Assembly (NCBI GenBank): GCA_020354555.1
Contig: CP070648.1
Location: forward strand, 710,656 to 774,655
Source: Armatimonadota bacterium
GTDB lineage: Bacteria; Armatimonadota; Hebobacteria; GCA-020354555; CP070648
DNA length: 64,000 nucleotides
Direction of reading: 5' to 3'
A program made the translations under genes and the position numbers. The notes beneath the pieces are model-generated. The model had not been told where the DNA came from. It made no database searches and saw only the letters and a program-made list of their open reading frames with translations. Positions 38,271 to 47,276 of the stretch are shown here, piece after piece. The stretch's first letter is position 1; every line of letters begins with the position of its first letter.

Positions 38271-38906
38271 GTGCGACGGGGAATCTTAATCACGGTCGAA
38301 GGCATAGACGGCGCGGGCAAGACCACGCACGCGCGCATGCTCGCCGACTGGCTGCGCCAACGGGGACACGACGTCGTGCTCACCCGCGAGCCGGGCGGGT
38401 CGAAGCTCGGCGAGAGGCTGCGGCCGCTGATCCTCGACGGCGGCGCGACCGAGGTCACCGCCGCCGCCGAGCTGTTCCTCTACGCCGCGGACCGGGCGCA
38501 GCACGTCGAGGAGGTAATCCGCCCCGCCCTCGGCGAAGGACAAACCGTGGTCTGCGAGCGCTACGCCGATTCTACGACGGCGTATCAGGGCTATGGCCGC
38601 GAGCTCGATCTGGAATTCGTGCGCCGTCTCAACGAGGTCGCGACCGGCGGCGTGGAGCCGGATCTGACCATACTGCTGGATTTGGCGCCCGACGCGGCGC
38701 GCCAGCGCATGGCGCACACGCCCGATCGGCTGGAGCGCGAGGAGCCGGCGTTTCATCATCGGATCGTCGAGGGTTACCGCGAGTTGGCGCGGGCGCACGG
38801 CGAGCGGATCAAGGTGGTTGACGCGGCCCCGCCCCGAGATGAGGTGTTCCAGGGCGTGGCGCAGGTCGTCGAGGCGTTCCTCAGCGAGCGCCGACCCGAC
38901 CCTTGA
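38271..38906 (+). CDS. tmk: dTMP (thymidylate) kinase
   Basis: The protein starts at GTG. The P-loop is ITVEGIDGAGKTT. It also has the motifs TREPGGS, DRLE and YADSTTAYQGYGR. Confidence 0.9.
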   Translation: MRRGILITVEGIDGAGKTTHARMLADWLRQRGHDVVLTREPGGSKLGERLRPLILDGGATEVTAAAELFLYAADRAQHVEEVIRPALGEGQTVVCERYADSTTAYQGYGRELDLEFVRRLNEVATGGVEPDLTILLDLAPDAARQRMAHTPDRLEREEPAFHHRIVEGYRELARAHGERIKVVDAAPPRDEVFQGVAQVVEAFLSERRPDP

Positions 38907-38977
38907 GCTGCCCAGCGGAACGCCGGCGACGCCCACCGCGCGCGAGATGCCGCGCGGCGGCAAAGGAGGCTTAAACG

Positions 38978-39307
38978 GTGAAGCTCATCGTAGCCGTGGT
39001 GCAGGATAAGGACCGGCGCAAGGTCACGGACGCTCTGCTCGAGGCTGGCTACAAGTTCACCAACATCGCCAGCACCGGCGGATTCCTGCGCGAGGGGAAC
39101 GTGACCTATCTCATCGGCGTGCCTCCGGATCAGGTGGACGCCGTGCTCGAACTCATCGGCAAGCATTCGAAGACCCGCGAGCAGTTCGTCAACGTCTTCC
39201 CGCCGACGATCGAGCCCATCGGCACCTGCATGCCGAGTCCGGTCAAGGTGACCGTCGGCGGCGCCGTGATCTTCGTCGTGGACGTCGAGCAGTCCAAGAC
39301 ACTGTAG
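38978..39307 (+). CDS. darA: Cyclic-di-AMP receptor protein DarA/PstA (YaaQ, DUF970, PII-like)
   Basis: The 109 aa sequence MKLIVAVVQDKDRRKVTDALLEAGYKFTNIASTGGFLREGNVTYLIGV...VKVTVGGAVIFVVDVEQ is near-colinear with Bacillus YaaQ/DarA. It sits between tmk and holB, the conserved position. Confidence 0.85.
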   Translation: MKLIVAVVQDKDRRKVTDALLEAGYKFTNIASTGGFLREGNVTYLIGVPPDQVDAVLELIGKHSKTREQFVNVFPPTIEPIGTCMPSPVKVTVGGAVIFVVDVEQSKTL

Positions 39308-39403
39308 GCCGGTCGGCACGGCGTGGGGGCGGCCCGCGAGCCGCCCCTGTGGTCAACTCGGCGCCGTGCGGCGCCATCCCTGGGAGCCAGCGATCGCATC
39401 TCG

Positions 39404-40654
39404 ATGACCGATAGCCCCGCGAACTTGAGCGACCTCATCGGCCAGGATGCCGCCGTCACTATCCTGCGCTCGGCGCTGCGCCAGCGCCGGGTCGGGCACG
39501 CGTACCTCTTCGTCGGCCCGGAAGCGGTGGGCAAGCTGACCGCGGCCATGCTGTTCGCCAAGACGCTCAACTGCGAGGACGAGTCCGCGCCCGACGAGGC
39601 GTGCGGCGCGTGCAAGTCGTGCGTGCGCTTCGAGCACGGCAATCATCCCCAGATCTGGCGCATCGCGCCGATGTACCGCCGCCAGCCGATCACCGATCCC
39701 AGGTTGCTCGAGCTGATCGAGGATCAGGCGTGGATCACCATCGCGCAGACCCGCGGCGATGACCGCGACAGTCCGCCTCATCCGCCCGTGCTGCGCGAGG
39801 CGATGCGCAAGCCGATCTTCTCCCCCTACAAAGTTTTCATCTTCGAGCCCGCGGATCGCATGACCGAGGAGGCCGCCGATTCGCTGCTCTACACCCTCGA
39901 GGAACCGCCGCAGGGCACCGTCTTCATCCTCGTCACCAGCCGCCCCGCCGCACTGCGCGAGACCGTCGTCTCGCGCTGCGAGCAGGTGCGGTTCCACATG
40001 GTCGCGCCGCAGCACATCGAGGACTTGCTCCAGGCCCGCGGAGTCGAGAGTGACCGCGCGCAGCTCATCGCGGGACTCGCCGACGGCCGCCCGGGCCGCG
40101 CGATAACCACCGCCGAGCGGCCGTACGTCATGGAGGTGCGCGCCGAGGCAATAGAGCTTGCCCAGAGCCTGTTCTCCTCGCCGCTGCAAGCAGCGCTCGC
40201 GCTGTCATCGCGAACCAAAGAACTCGCCGCGCGCCTGTGGGAGAAGGAGTTCGAAGCGATCGTCGAGGAAGAGCGCGAGGAGGAAGAAGAACAGCTCGGC
40301 GAGTCCGAAGGCGCGGTGGAGGCCGAGAAGTTCAGGATCAGCTACACGCGCGCCATGCGCCGCGCCGTGCCGGAAGTGCTCAACATGATGGCCGCGTGGC
40401 TGCGCGACGTCATGGTTGCCAAGAGCGGCCGGCCCGAACTCGTGATCAACCGCGATTTCCTCGAGCAAGCTCAACTGCTCGCCGGGCAGGCGCCGTACGA
40501 CGTCCTGCGCCGGGCGATTGACTGCATCGTGCGCACCGGCGGCTACATTCGCAGCTACGTCAATCTCGACCCCGCGCTGGAGGGGGCGTACGTCGAATTG
40601 CTCGAACGTTCCGGCGCGCCGGAACGTATCGCCGCAGGGGAACGGTCAGGCTAA
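39404..40654 (+). CDS. holB: DNA polymerase III subunit delta'
   Basis: The ORF runs 39323..40654. The likely start is the ATG at 39404. The AAA+ motifs are LIGQDAAVTILRSALRQRRVGHAYLFVGPEAVGKLTAAMLFAKTLNCE...CGACKSC and KVFIFEPADRMTEEAADSLLYTLEEPP (sensor region). Confidence 0.85.
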   Translation: MTDSPANLSDLIGQDAAVTILRSALRQRRVGHAYLFVGPEAVGKLTAAMLFAKTLNCEDESAPDEACGACKSCVRFEHGNHPQIWRIAPMYRRQPITDPRLLELIEDQAWITIAQTRGDDRDSPPHPPVLREAMRKPIFSPYKVFIFEPADRMTEEAADSLLYTLEEPPQGTVFILVTSRPAALRETVVSRCEQVRFHMVAPQHIEDLLQARGVESDRAQLIAGLADGRPGRAITTAERPYVMEVRAEAIELAQSLFSSPLQAALALSSRTKELAARLWEKEFEAIVEEEREEEEEQLGESEGAVEAEKFRISYTRAMRRAVPEVLNMMAAWLRDVMVAKSGRPELVINRDFLEQAQLLAGQAPYDVLRRAIDCIVRTGGYIRSYVNLDPALEGAYVELLERSGAPERIAAGERSG

Positions 40655-40925
40655 GGCAGGCTCTTCTCCGGCGCCGGCCATCGCCCGCAAGGTCGGCATG
40701 TCCTCGACGACCGCGGCCCGGAGGTGCTGGTCCTCGCGACCGCGCTCCGGCAGCACACGCCGCGCTCGGAGCGGCCGCCCGCGCAGATCCCTTTCCGGCG
40801 ATGCAACCTACCCGGCCCGCTGCGCGTCTAAGATTGGTGTGAATCTGTGGAACATAGCCGCGTGCGCGGACGAACAGCGCCAGTGGGCCCCTGGGTAGAA
40901 GCGTCCATGGGAACAAAGGTGTGCA

Positions 40926-40954
40926 TTGACACGTCGAGCGCGGTGTGTTACATT
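40926..40954 (+). promoter_or_regulatory. Consensus sigma70-type promoter TTGACA-N17-TACATT upstream of the 3D-domain gene leader
   Basis: TTGACA sits at 40926-40931 and TACATT at 40949-40954, with a 17 nt spacer. The hexamers and spacing are identical to the promoter at 18794. It is followed by a ~230 nt untranslated leader. Confidence 0.5.
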
Positions 40955-41185
40955 CACGCGTCGCGGTCCCTGGGGAGCCGCTGACAGTTCCGGACATACT
41001 GCGTCGCATTCCCATCAGGGCTTATAGCCACCGTCACTGCCTCACATCGCAGCACCGGCCCCACCAGAGCCCCACCATTAGCTACGCGAGACTTGCCGCG
41101 CGTCGGGTTCGCCCGGAGCGCGAGTGTGGCGGCGCCGTACCGTGGCACCGCTGCCGAGCGAACAATTCCGACGGAGGATTGCGCC

Positions 41186-42058
41186 ATGCCGCCTAGTGGC
41201 CGCGTCCGGGGGACATGCCGCGAGCAGCCGGTGCTTGCTGCCGCAGTTCGAGTATCTGCCATAATTGCGATCGCCATCGCGTGCAGCATCGTCATCTTGC
41301 CGTCCGTTGACACCGGTGTGAGTCAGGTCCTCGCGGCCAGCGACGCGGCGGAGCAAGTGACCGTCACCCTCATCGCGGACGGTCGGGAACGCTCGGTTAC
41401 GACAGAGCCGGTCACCGTCGCCGAGCTGGTCGCCGGCGCGCGCATCGCCCTCAGCGAATTGGACCGCGTCGAACCCGGGCTCGACGAACTGGTGTCGCAG
41501 GGCCTGGTCGTGCGCGTGGTGCGCGTGACCCACCAGCAAGTGACACGCGAGATCGAGATCCCGGTCACCGCCCGCGTGCGCTACGACGCGCGCGTCCACA
41601 AGCCCATCGTCCTTCACGATGGCTCGCCGGGCCGAGCGGTCGCGGTACTCGACATCTGGACCAAGGACGGCGACGAAACCGAACGCGCAGTGGTATCGCA
41701 GCGCGTGATCGAGCCGATGAAACCGCGCCTCGTGGTGCGCGGCACGAGGTCGCTGCCCTCGCGCGGCGGGGAAGTGCTGCACATGGAGGCGACGGGCTAT
41801 GATCCCGGGCCCCGCAGCTGCGGGCGATACGCCAGCGGCCGCACGGCCATCGGGCTCAAGGCGGGCAAGGGCGTGGTCGCGGTGGACCCGCGCGTCATCC
41901 CGCTCGGCACCAAGCTCTACGTTGACGGCTACGGCGAGTGCGTCGCCGGTGACGTCGGGCGCGCGATCAAAGGCCGCCGCATAGACCTCGGCTTCGACAC
42001 CTACCGCGAGGCGCTCTCCTGGGGCCGCCGCATGGTCAAGGTGCGCATCCTCGAATAG
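41186..42058 (+). CDS. 3D-domain (RlpA-like double-psi beta-barrel) cell-wall protein, YabE/YuiC-like
   Basis: The ORF runs 41093..42058. The likely start is the ATG at 41186 (MPPSGRVRG...), with a transmembrane/signal anchor AAAVRVSAIIAIAIACSIVIL. A G5-like middle region (VTREIEIPVTARVRYD) is present. The C-terminal 3D domain is HMEATGYDPG...GRTAIGLKAGKGVVAVDPRVIPLGTKLYVDGYGECVAGDVGRAIKGRRIDLGF. Confidence 0.75.
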   Translation: MPPSGRVRGTCREQPVLAAAVRVSAIIAIAIACSIVILPSVDTGVSQVLAASDAAEQVTVTLIADGRERSVTTEPVTVAELVAGARIALSELDRVEPGLDELVSQGLVVRVVRVTHQQVTREIEIPVTARVRYDARVHKPIVLHDGSPGRAVAVLDIWTKDGDETERAVVSQRVIEPMKPRLVVRGTRSLPSRGGEVLHMEATGYDPGPRSCGRYASGRTAIGLKAGKGVVAVDPRVIPLGTKLYVDGYGECVAGDVGRAIKGRRIDLGFDTYREALSWGRRMVKVRILE

Positions 42059-42123
42059 GCCCGCCCGCGGCTGGCCCCGACACCCGTACGACTCGGCGCG
42101 AGCGGCGGAACGATTCCCCGTCT

Positions 42124-42906
42124 CTATGCCGGCAACTCCTGCTGCAGCAGCTCCTTCATCTGCGCGGCATTGGTCGCCGCCTTGCCGCCGAAGCAGTTGT
42201 TCATGAACACGTAGACCTTCTCCGTCTCTTGCTGGAGCTGATCGATCTTCGGCACCCACTCGCGCAGCTCATCCTCGCTGTAGAGGTAGTCGTAGCGCGT
42301 CTTGTTGTCGCCCTTCCACCACTTCTCGTAGTTGCGACCGTGGAACCGCACATAGCCGACCGGCGACGTCGCCACCGCGACCGGCGGCATCAGGCTCTTG
42401 AACTGCGGCTCGTCCACCGCGCAGTAGCCCACCCCGTGCTCGCGCAGGAAATCGAACACCGGCTGCTCCGCCCACTCGCGGCTGCGAAACTCCACCACCA
42501 ACGGCAGCCCCGTGAACCGCTCCCCGAACTCGGCGAGATACGCGCGGTTCTCCTGCGTGTTGTGAAAGCGATGCGGAAACTGCGCCAGCACGCAGCCGAA
42601 CTTGTCGGCCTCGATCAAGGGCTGCAGCGAACCGATGAACGACTCGAAATCCGCGTCGCGCGACTCGCTCGGCTCGTGCGTCAGCCCGCCGTACGCCTTC
42701 ACCGTGAACTGGAAGCCCGCCGGAACCTTGTTCGCCATGTGGAAGAACGTGCGCGGATGCACCAGGCGGTAGTACGTCGAGTTGACCTCCACGCAGTCGA
42801 ACCGCTCGCCGTAGTACGTGAGCCAGTCCCGGTCCGACAGGCCCTCCGGATAGAAGCTGCCCTTCCAATCCGCGAATTTGAATCCCGAAGTACCGATGTA
42901 GATCAT
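42124..42906 (-). CDS. DUF72 (YecE-family) protein
   Basis: The likely start is the ATG at 42906 (MIYIGTSGFKFADWKGSFYP...). The ORF track extends to 43239. DUF72 hallmarks are present: YGERFDCVEVNSTYY, FTVKAY...LTH and YVFMNNCFGGKAATNA. Confidence 0.85.
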   Translation of the reverse strand: MIYIGTSGFKFADWKGSFYPEGLSDRDWLTYYGERFDCVEVNSTYYRLVHPRTFFHMANKVPAGFQFTVKAYGGLTHEPSESRDADFESFIGSLQPLIEADKFGCVLAQFPHRFHNTQENRAYLAEFGERFTGLPLVVEFRSREWAEQPVFDFLREHGVGYCAVDEPQFKSLMPPVAVATSPVGYVRFHGRNYEKWWKGDNKTRYDYLYSEDELREWVPKIDQLQQETEKVYVFMNNCFGGKAATNAAQMKELLQQELPA

Positions 42907-42973
42907 GACCTCGCCTCGCACGCGCTGCTCCGCGGCCGTCGAGCAGCTATGCCGCCGTCGTCCGCCGTCCCTT

Positions 42974-43834
42974 TCATCGCCGGCGCGCCTTGCGCCTGCG
43001 CAGCTTCTGGCACGTCGGGCAGAAATGAGCCGAGCGCCCGTGGAGCACGATGCGCCTGATCGGGGTGCCGCAGCGCCGGCACGGCTCGCCCGCGCGCTGA
43101 TACACGGCGAGGCATCGCTGGAACGACCCGCGCCGGCCGTTGGCGTCCACGTATGCGGCATCGTTCGCCGAGGTGCCGCAGCAGCGAATCGCGTGACGCA
43201 GCACCCCTCCGATCGCTCGGCACAGGCGCGCGATCTCATCGTCCGTCAGCGTGTTTGCCGGCTGCGCGGGATGCAGCCCGACGCGGAACAGCGTCTCGTC
43301 GGCGTAGATGTTGCCGAGGCCGGCGACGAAGCCCTGATCCATGAGCACCTGCTTGATGCCCCCAGACCGGCGCGGCAGGCACGCGCGGAAATGGTCGCGC
43401 AGCCCGCGATCGAACGGCTCCGGCCCCAGTTCGCTCAGGCCTCGGATGTTCGCCGCGTCCGTGCCGCGGGCGACCCAGACCTCGCCGAAGCGGCGCGGAT
43501 CAACGTAGCGCAAGTCCCGCCCGCCGCTGAGGCCGAGAATGACGTGAGTGTGCGGCGCCGCAGGCTCGTCGGCGCGCACCACGATCAGCCGCCCGCTCAT
43601 GCCCAGGCGCACCACCAGCGTGTCCGCGCCGTCCAGCGCCAGCAGCAGCGCCTTGCCGCGCCGCGCGATGCCGGTGATGCGCCTGCTTGCCGCAAGCTCG
43701 CCAAACCGCCGCGCGGCTTGCCGGCGGCGGCCGAGTATGTCGCGCTTGCCGACCCACACCGACTCGACGCGTCGCCCTACGACTTGCGGCGTCAGTTGGC
43801 GTCGTATCGTCTCTGCTTCGGGAAGCTCTGGCAT
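42974..43834 (-). CDS. mutM: Formamidopyrimidine-DNA glycosylase (Fpg/MutM)
   Basis: The likely start is the ATG at 43834 (MPELPEAETIRRQL, with catalytic Pro2/Glu3). The H2TH region is GLGNIYADETLFRVGLHP. The C-terminal zinc finger is CRRCGTPIRRIVLHGRSAHFCPTCQ. Confidence 0.9.
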   Translation of the reverse strand: MPELPEAETIRRQLTPQVVGRRVESVWVGKRDILGRRRQAARRFGELAASRRITGIARRGKALLLALDGADTLVVRLGMSGRLIVVRADEPAAPHTHVILGLSGGRDLRYVDPRRFGEVWVARGTDAANIRGLSELGPEPFDRGLRDHFRACLPRRSGGIKQVLMDQGFVAGLGNIYADETLFRVGLHPAQPANTLTDDEIARLCRAIGGVLRHAIRCCGTSANDAAYVDANGRRGSFQRCLAVYQRAGEPCRRCGTPIRRIVLHGRSAHFCPTCQKLRRRKARRR

Positions 43835-44167
43835 TCGTGTGCTCGTGTCAACGCAATCCGGCCGCGACGCCGATCGCTCATTCGCTCCGAGGGCATCGTG
43901 ACCGGCCACGGCGATCGGTGCGACTGCGCCGTGGGCTGGTTGTCATTATAGCAAAACGCGCCGCAGAATTCTCTGCCGCGAGGAGGGCATCGCGCATCTC
44001 CGGCGAAATCCCAGTGCGACGCGCGCGCCTGCAACCGCGCAGAAACCAAGCCGGCGATTCATACTATACGTGAGGCGCGTTGATCGGATGCGCCGCGCGT
44101 GCGCGCATGAGTAATGCGCGCGAAGCAGCTAAAAAAGCGTTTGCTGCGCGCAGGGGTGTGTGGTATA

Positions 44168-44878
44168 ATGTGCGCGCTTTCGGGACCGATCCTTGATATC
44201 GCAGGCAACGTCGCGCGTGTGCGCGAGCGTATTGCCGCCGCTGCAGCACGCGCCGGACGCCGCGCCGAGGACATCATTCTCGTCGCCGCAAGCAAAACGG
44301 TGGAAGCCGAGCGCATCGCGCTCGCCGCGCAGGCAGGGATCGCCGATTTCGGCGAGAACTACGTCCAGGAGGCGCAGCGCAAGATCGAGCGCGTCGGGCG
44401 CGGCGTGCGCTGGCACTTCGTCGGGCACCTGCAGACGAACAAGGCGAAGCAAGCGGTCGCCCTGTTCGACATCGTCCAGATCGTGGACAGCGAGCGCCTG
44501 GCGGCGGCACTCGACAAGCGCGCCCGTGCCGCCGGCCGCACGCTGCCGGTGCTGGTCGAGGTCAACACCAGCGGCGAGGCGACGAAGTTCGGCGCGGCGC
44601 CGGACGAGGCGTCGCGCGTGGCCGAGGCGGTCGCCAGCCTCGATGCGCTGGAGCTGAAGGGGCTGATGACCATGGGCCGGCTGGGCGCGACGCCGGACGA
44701 CGCGCGTCCATGCTTTGCGCTCCTGCGCGAGCTGTCGCAGCGCATCTTCGCGGCGGCGCCCGGCGCCCCGGAGCGCTGGCTCTCGATGGGCATGAGCCAG
44801 GACTTCGAGGTCGCGATCGAGGAAGGGTCAAATGTGGTGCGGGTCGGGACCGCGATTTTCGGCGCGCGCCCTGAGTAG
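44168..44878 (+). CDS. yggS: YggS-family pyridoxal-phosphate-dependent (PLP homeostasis) protein
   Basis: The ORF runs 44114..44878. The likely start is the ATG at 44168 (MCALSGPILDIAGNVARVRERIAAAAARAGRRAEDIILVAASKT..., with the PLP-binding Lys). The motifs FGENYVQEAQ, WHFVGHLQTNKAK and MGMSQDFEVAIEEGSNVVRVGTAIFG match E. coli YggS. Confidence 0.85.
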   Translation: MCALSGPILDIAGNVARVRERIAAAAARAGRRAEDIILVAASKTVEAERIALAAQAGIADFGENYVQEAQRKIERVGRGVRWHFVGHLQTNKAKQAVALFDIVQIVDSERLAAALDKRARAAGRTLPVLVEVNTSGEATKFGAAPDEASRVAEAVASLDALELKGLMTMGRLGATPDDARPCFALLRELSQRIFAAAPGAPERWLSMGMSQDFEVAIEEGSNVVRVGTAIFGARPE

Positions 44879-45080
44879 TGCTGACGATCGAGGTTCCTGT
44901 ATCATCGAAATGGCTCGTGCGCTGCGGTGCGCACCTAAAGGATTTCGTCGGAAAAAGCGTCTGGCGTCAGCGGCCCTCCGCTCATGCCACGCAATCAATA
45001 AACGCGAACCCGTCTCCGGCCGTTACGCTGACGGCTCGAAGCAACATTAGCAGCACAAATCACACCACAGGGAGGCTCGC

Positions 45081-45482
45081 ATGTCAGGGGTTCTGGAACG
45101 GGTCAAGAGCTGGTTGTTCGCGGAGGACGACGGCAATGAAGCCGTCGTGCCGGCCAATCCTGATGTCGGCTCCAAACCACGTCTGCTTCTTCACCCCCGT
45201 CAGGACGAGATCTTCGTCCGCTGGCCCAAGTCGCTTGACGACGCGCAGGTCTGCGCCGATTGCCTGAAGGCGCGCAGGCCGGTCGTGGTCAACCTCAAAG
45301 TCCTTGAGGAGCACAAAGCCCGCCGCGTCCTCGATTTCCTGGGCGGCGTCGTCTATGCGATTGACGGGCATCTGGAGCAGGCCGGCGACGGGATTTACAT
45401 CCTTGCCCCGACCAGCATGCTCATTACCGCCGAGGCCGAAGACCGCTCGACCGCCGACACGGAACTCTGGGCGGAGCCGTAG
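45081..45482 (+). CDS. sepF: Cell division protein SepF
   Basis: The 133 aa protein has the SepF/DUF552 core, IFVRWPKSLDDAQVCADCLKARRPVVVNLKVLEEHKARRVLDFLGGVVYAIDGHLEQAGDGIYILAP. It lies directly downstream of yggS, as in the Gram-positive ylmE-sepF arrangement. Confidence 0.8.
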   Translation: MSGVLERVKSWLFAEDDGNEAVVPANPDVGSKPRLLLHPRQDEIFVRWPKSLDDAQVCADCLKARRPVVVNLKVLEEHKARRVLDFLGGVVYAIDGHLEQAGDGIYILAPTSMLITAEAEDRSTADTELWAEP

Positions 45483-45616
45483 GCCGCCGCATCCCACTGA
45501 TTCCGTTCCGGTCGCGAACTGCTGACAGGTCGGATCGCCGGCTCCTCCGTCGCACCCGGCGCGACGGCAGCGGCCACGTCGAGCCGCGCCCGGTCAGCGA
45601 GGCGTGAGGCGTTCTC

Positions 45617-46438
45617 ATGTCCGAACAACGCACAATTGGCGTCATCGGCGTCGGCCGTATGGGCACGGCGCTGGTGCGCGGCCTCATTTCCGCAGGGGCG
45701 TCACCCGCTTCGATCCGCGCCTTCGATGCGGCGCCGGACCGCCTGCGGGCCGCTCAGGAAATGGGCGTCACCGCGTGCGCCTCCGCTGCCGAGGTCGCCG
45801 ACGGCGCGGACGTCATCGTCATCGCCGTCAAGCCGCCCGATGTCCCCACCGCGCTGCAGGAAATCGGGCCGTCGCTGACCGCGCAGCAGACCGTGCTGTC
45901 CATCGCCGCCGGCGTCACGACGCGGGCGCTGCGCGCCAGCCTGCCGCCGGACTGCCGCGCGGGAGTCGTGCGCGCCATGCCCAATACGCCGTGCGTCGTC
46001 GGCGAGGGCATGTCCGTCGTCGCGCTCGACAGCCCCGCGTCGTCGGAGGGCATCGCCGCCGCCAAGCAGGTGCTCGCCGCCGCCGGCAAGGTAGTCGAGC
46101 TGCCCGAGAAGTTGCTTGACGCGGCTACCGGCCTGTCCGGCAGCGGGCCCGCATATGCATTCGCCTTCCTTCAGGCGCTGGCTGACGGCGGCGTCGCAGC
46201 CGGGCTGCCGCGAGCCACGGCGGTCGAGTTGGCGGCGCAGACCGTGCTCGGCGCTGCGCGCATGGTTCTCGCCGGCGAGGGCCATCCGGAGCAGCTCAAG
46301 GACATGGTGATGTCCCCGGCAGGCACGACTGCAGCGGGGATGGCGGCCCTGGAAGCGCGCGCCTTCCGCGCCGCGGCGATCGAGGCGGTGGTTGCCGCGT
46401 GGCGTCGCGCCCGGGAACTGGGAGGCGATGACCCATGA
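45617..46438 (+). CDS. proC: Pyrroline-5-carboxylate reductase
   Basis: The Rossmann motif is IGVIGVGRMGTALVRGL. The ProC C-terminal dimerisation signature is LSGSGPAYAFAFLQALADGGVAAGLPRATAVELAAQTVLGAARM...MVMSPAGTTAAGMAALE. Confidence 0.9.
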   Translation: MSEQRTIGVIGVGRMGTALVRGLISAGASPASIRAFDAAPDRLRAAQEMGVTACASAAEVADGADVIVIAVKPPDVPTALQEIGPSLTAQQTVLSIAAGVTTRALRASLPPDCRAGVVRAMPNTPCVVGEGMSVVALDSPASSEGIAAAKQVLAAAGKVVELPEKLLDAATGLSGSGPAYAFAFLQALADGGVAAGLPRATAVELAAQTVLGAARMVLAGEGHPEQLKDMVMSPAGTTAAGMAALEARAFRAAAIEAVVAAWRRARELGGDDP

Positions 46439-46719
46439 GCCCTTGGTTCGGCGCCGCGTCGCTCGTCGGCATTATCCACCTCATCTTCTGGGTGCTCCAG
46501 CTTCTCGTCTTCGCGCGCGTCATCATGTCCTGGATCCGCGTCGCGCCGCATCACCCGCTGGTCCACTTCGTCCACGACACGACCGAACCCATGTTGCGCC
46601 CGTTTCGCGCCGTTCTTCGCGTCGGCCCGGGCGGGATAGACTTCTCCCCCCTGATTCTGCTGCTCGTGTTGTGGGTCGCGGAGCGACTCGTAATCTCAAT
46701 CATAGTGGGAGCACCGTGA
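46435..46719 (+). CDS. YggT-family membrane protein (YlmG-like)
   Basis: The 94 aa protein has two hydrophobic helices and the YggT motif IMSWIRVAPHHPLVHFVHDTTEPMLRPFR. It overlaps the proC stop as ATGA. Confidence 0.8.
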   Translation: MSPWFGAASLVGIIHLIFWVLQLLVFARVIMSWIRVAPHHPLVHFVHDTTEPMLRPFRAVLRVGPGGIDFSPLILLLVLWVAERLVISIIVGAP

Positions 46720-47195
46720 TGACGAACGACATCATGCCCATAGATATAGTGAACCGGAAGTTCCGCCAGGGGCTCAAGGGGTATGCCCAGGCCGAGGTTG
46801 ACGACTTCCTGGGCCAGGTGGCCGACGCCTACGGCAAGGCGCTGCAGGAAAGCGACCGCCTCAAGCAGGAACTGGAGCAGGCGGAGCGCGCGCTGCGCCA
46901 GTATCGCGATGCCGAGGAGACCATCAAGAACGCCCTGGTGCTGGCGGAGAAGACTGCGGACGAGGCGCGCAGTCGCGCCCAGGAAAACGCGAGCCTGGTG
47001 GTGCGCGAGGCGGAGCAGCAGGCGAGAGAGATGATCGCCGCCGCACGGCGCGAGAAGGAAGACATCGCCCGCGAAGCGGAGGAGCTGCGCCGCGAGCGCG
47101 AGCGCTTCGAGGCTGAGTTCCGCGCGCTGCTGGAGACCTACATGCATTTGCTCTCGCGCGCCGGGAACGCGGCACCCGAGCCCGCGCCGGACTGA
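46719..47195 (+). CDS. divIVA: DivIVA-domain cell division protein
   Basis: The start is the ATG at 46719, overlapping the yggT stop. The N-terminal DivIVA lipid-binding motif is MTNDIMPIDIVNRKFRQGLKGYAQAEVDDFLGQVADAY, followed by a coiled coil. Confidence 0.85.
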   Translation: MTNDIMPIDIVNRKFRQGLKGYAQAEVDDFLGQVADAYGKALQESDRLKQELEQAERALRQYRDAEETIKNALVLAEKTADEARSRAQENASLVVREAEQQAREMIAAARREKEDIAREAEELRRERERFEAEFRALLETYMHLLSRAGNAAPEPAPD

Positions 47196-47276
47196 TTCGC
47201 AGCAGCCCCGCGGGGCGCCCTACCTACAGCCTACAAGTAGCACGGGCATCTCCGGCCCGCAGCCCAACGCGGCGGA

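Noticed and set aside
41078-43951. Antisense ORFs 41078..42259 (minus), 42229..43059 (plus) and 42905..43951 (plus)
   Set aside because: They are opposite the 3D-domain, DUF72 and mutM genes, which carry unmistakable family motifs. The antisense products are compositionally biased.
44159-44169. Extended -10 element TGTGGTATAAT as the yggS promoter
   Set aside because: It overlaps the most likely yggS start codon (ATG 44168), so it cannot drive a conventional leadered transcript of that start. It is kept only as an ambiguous observation.
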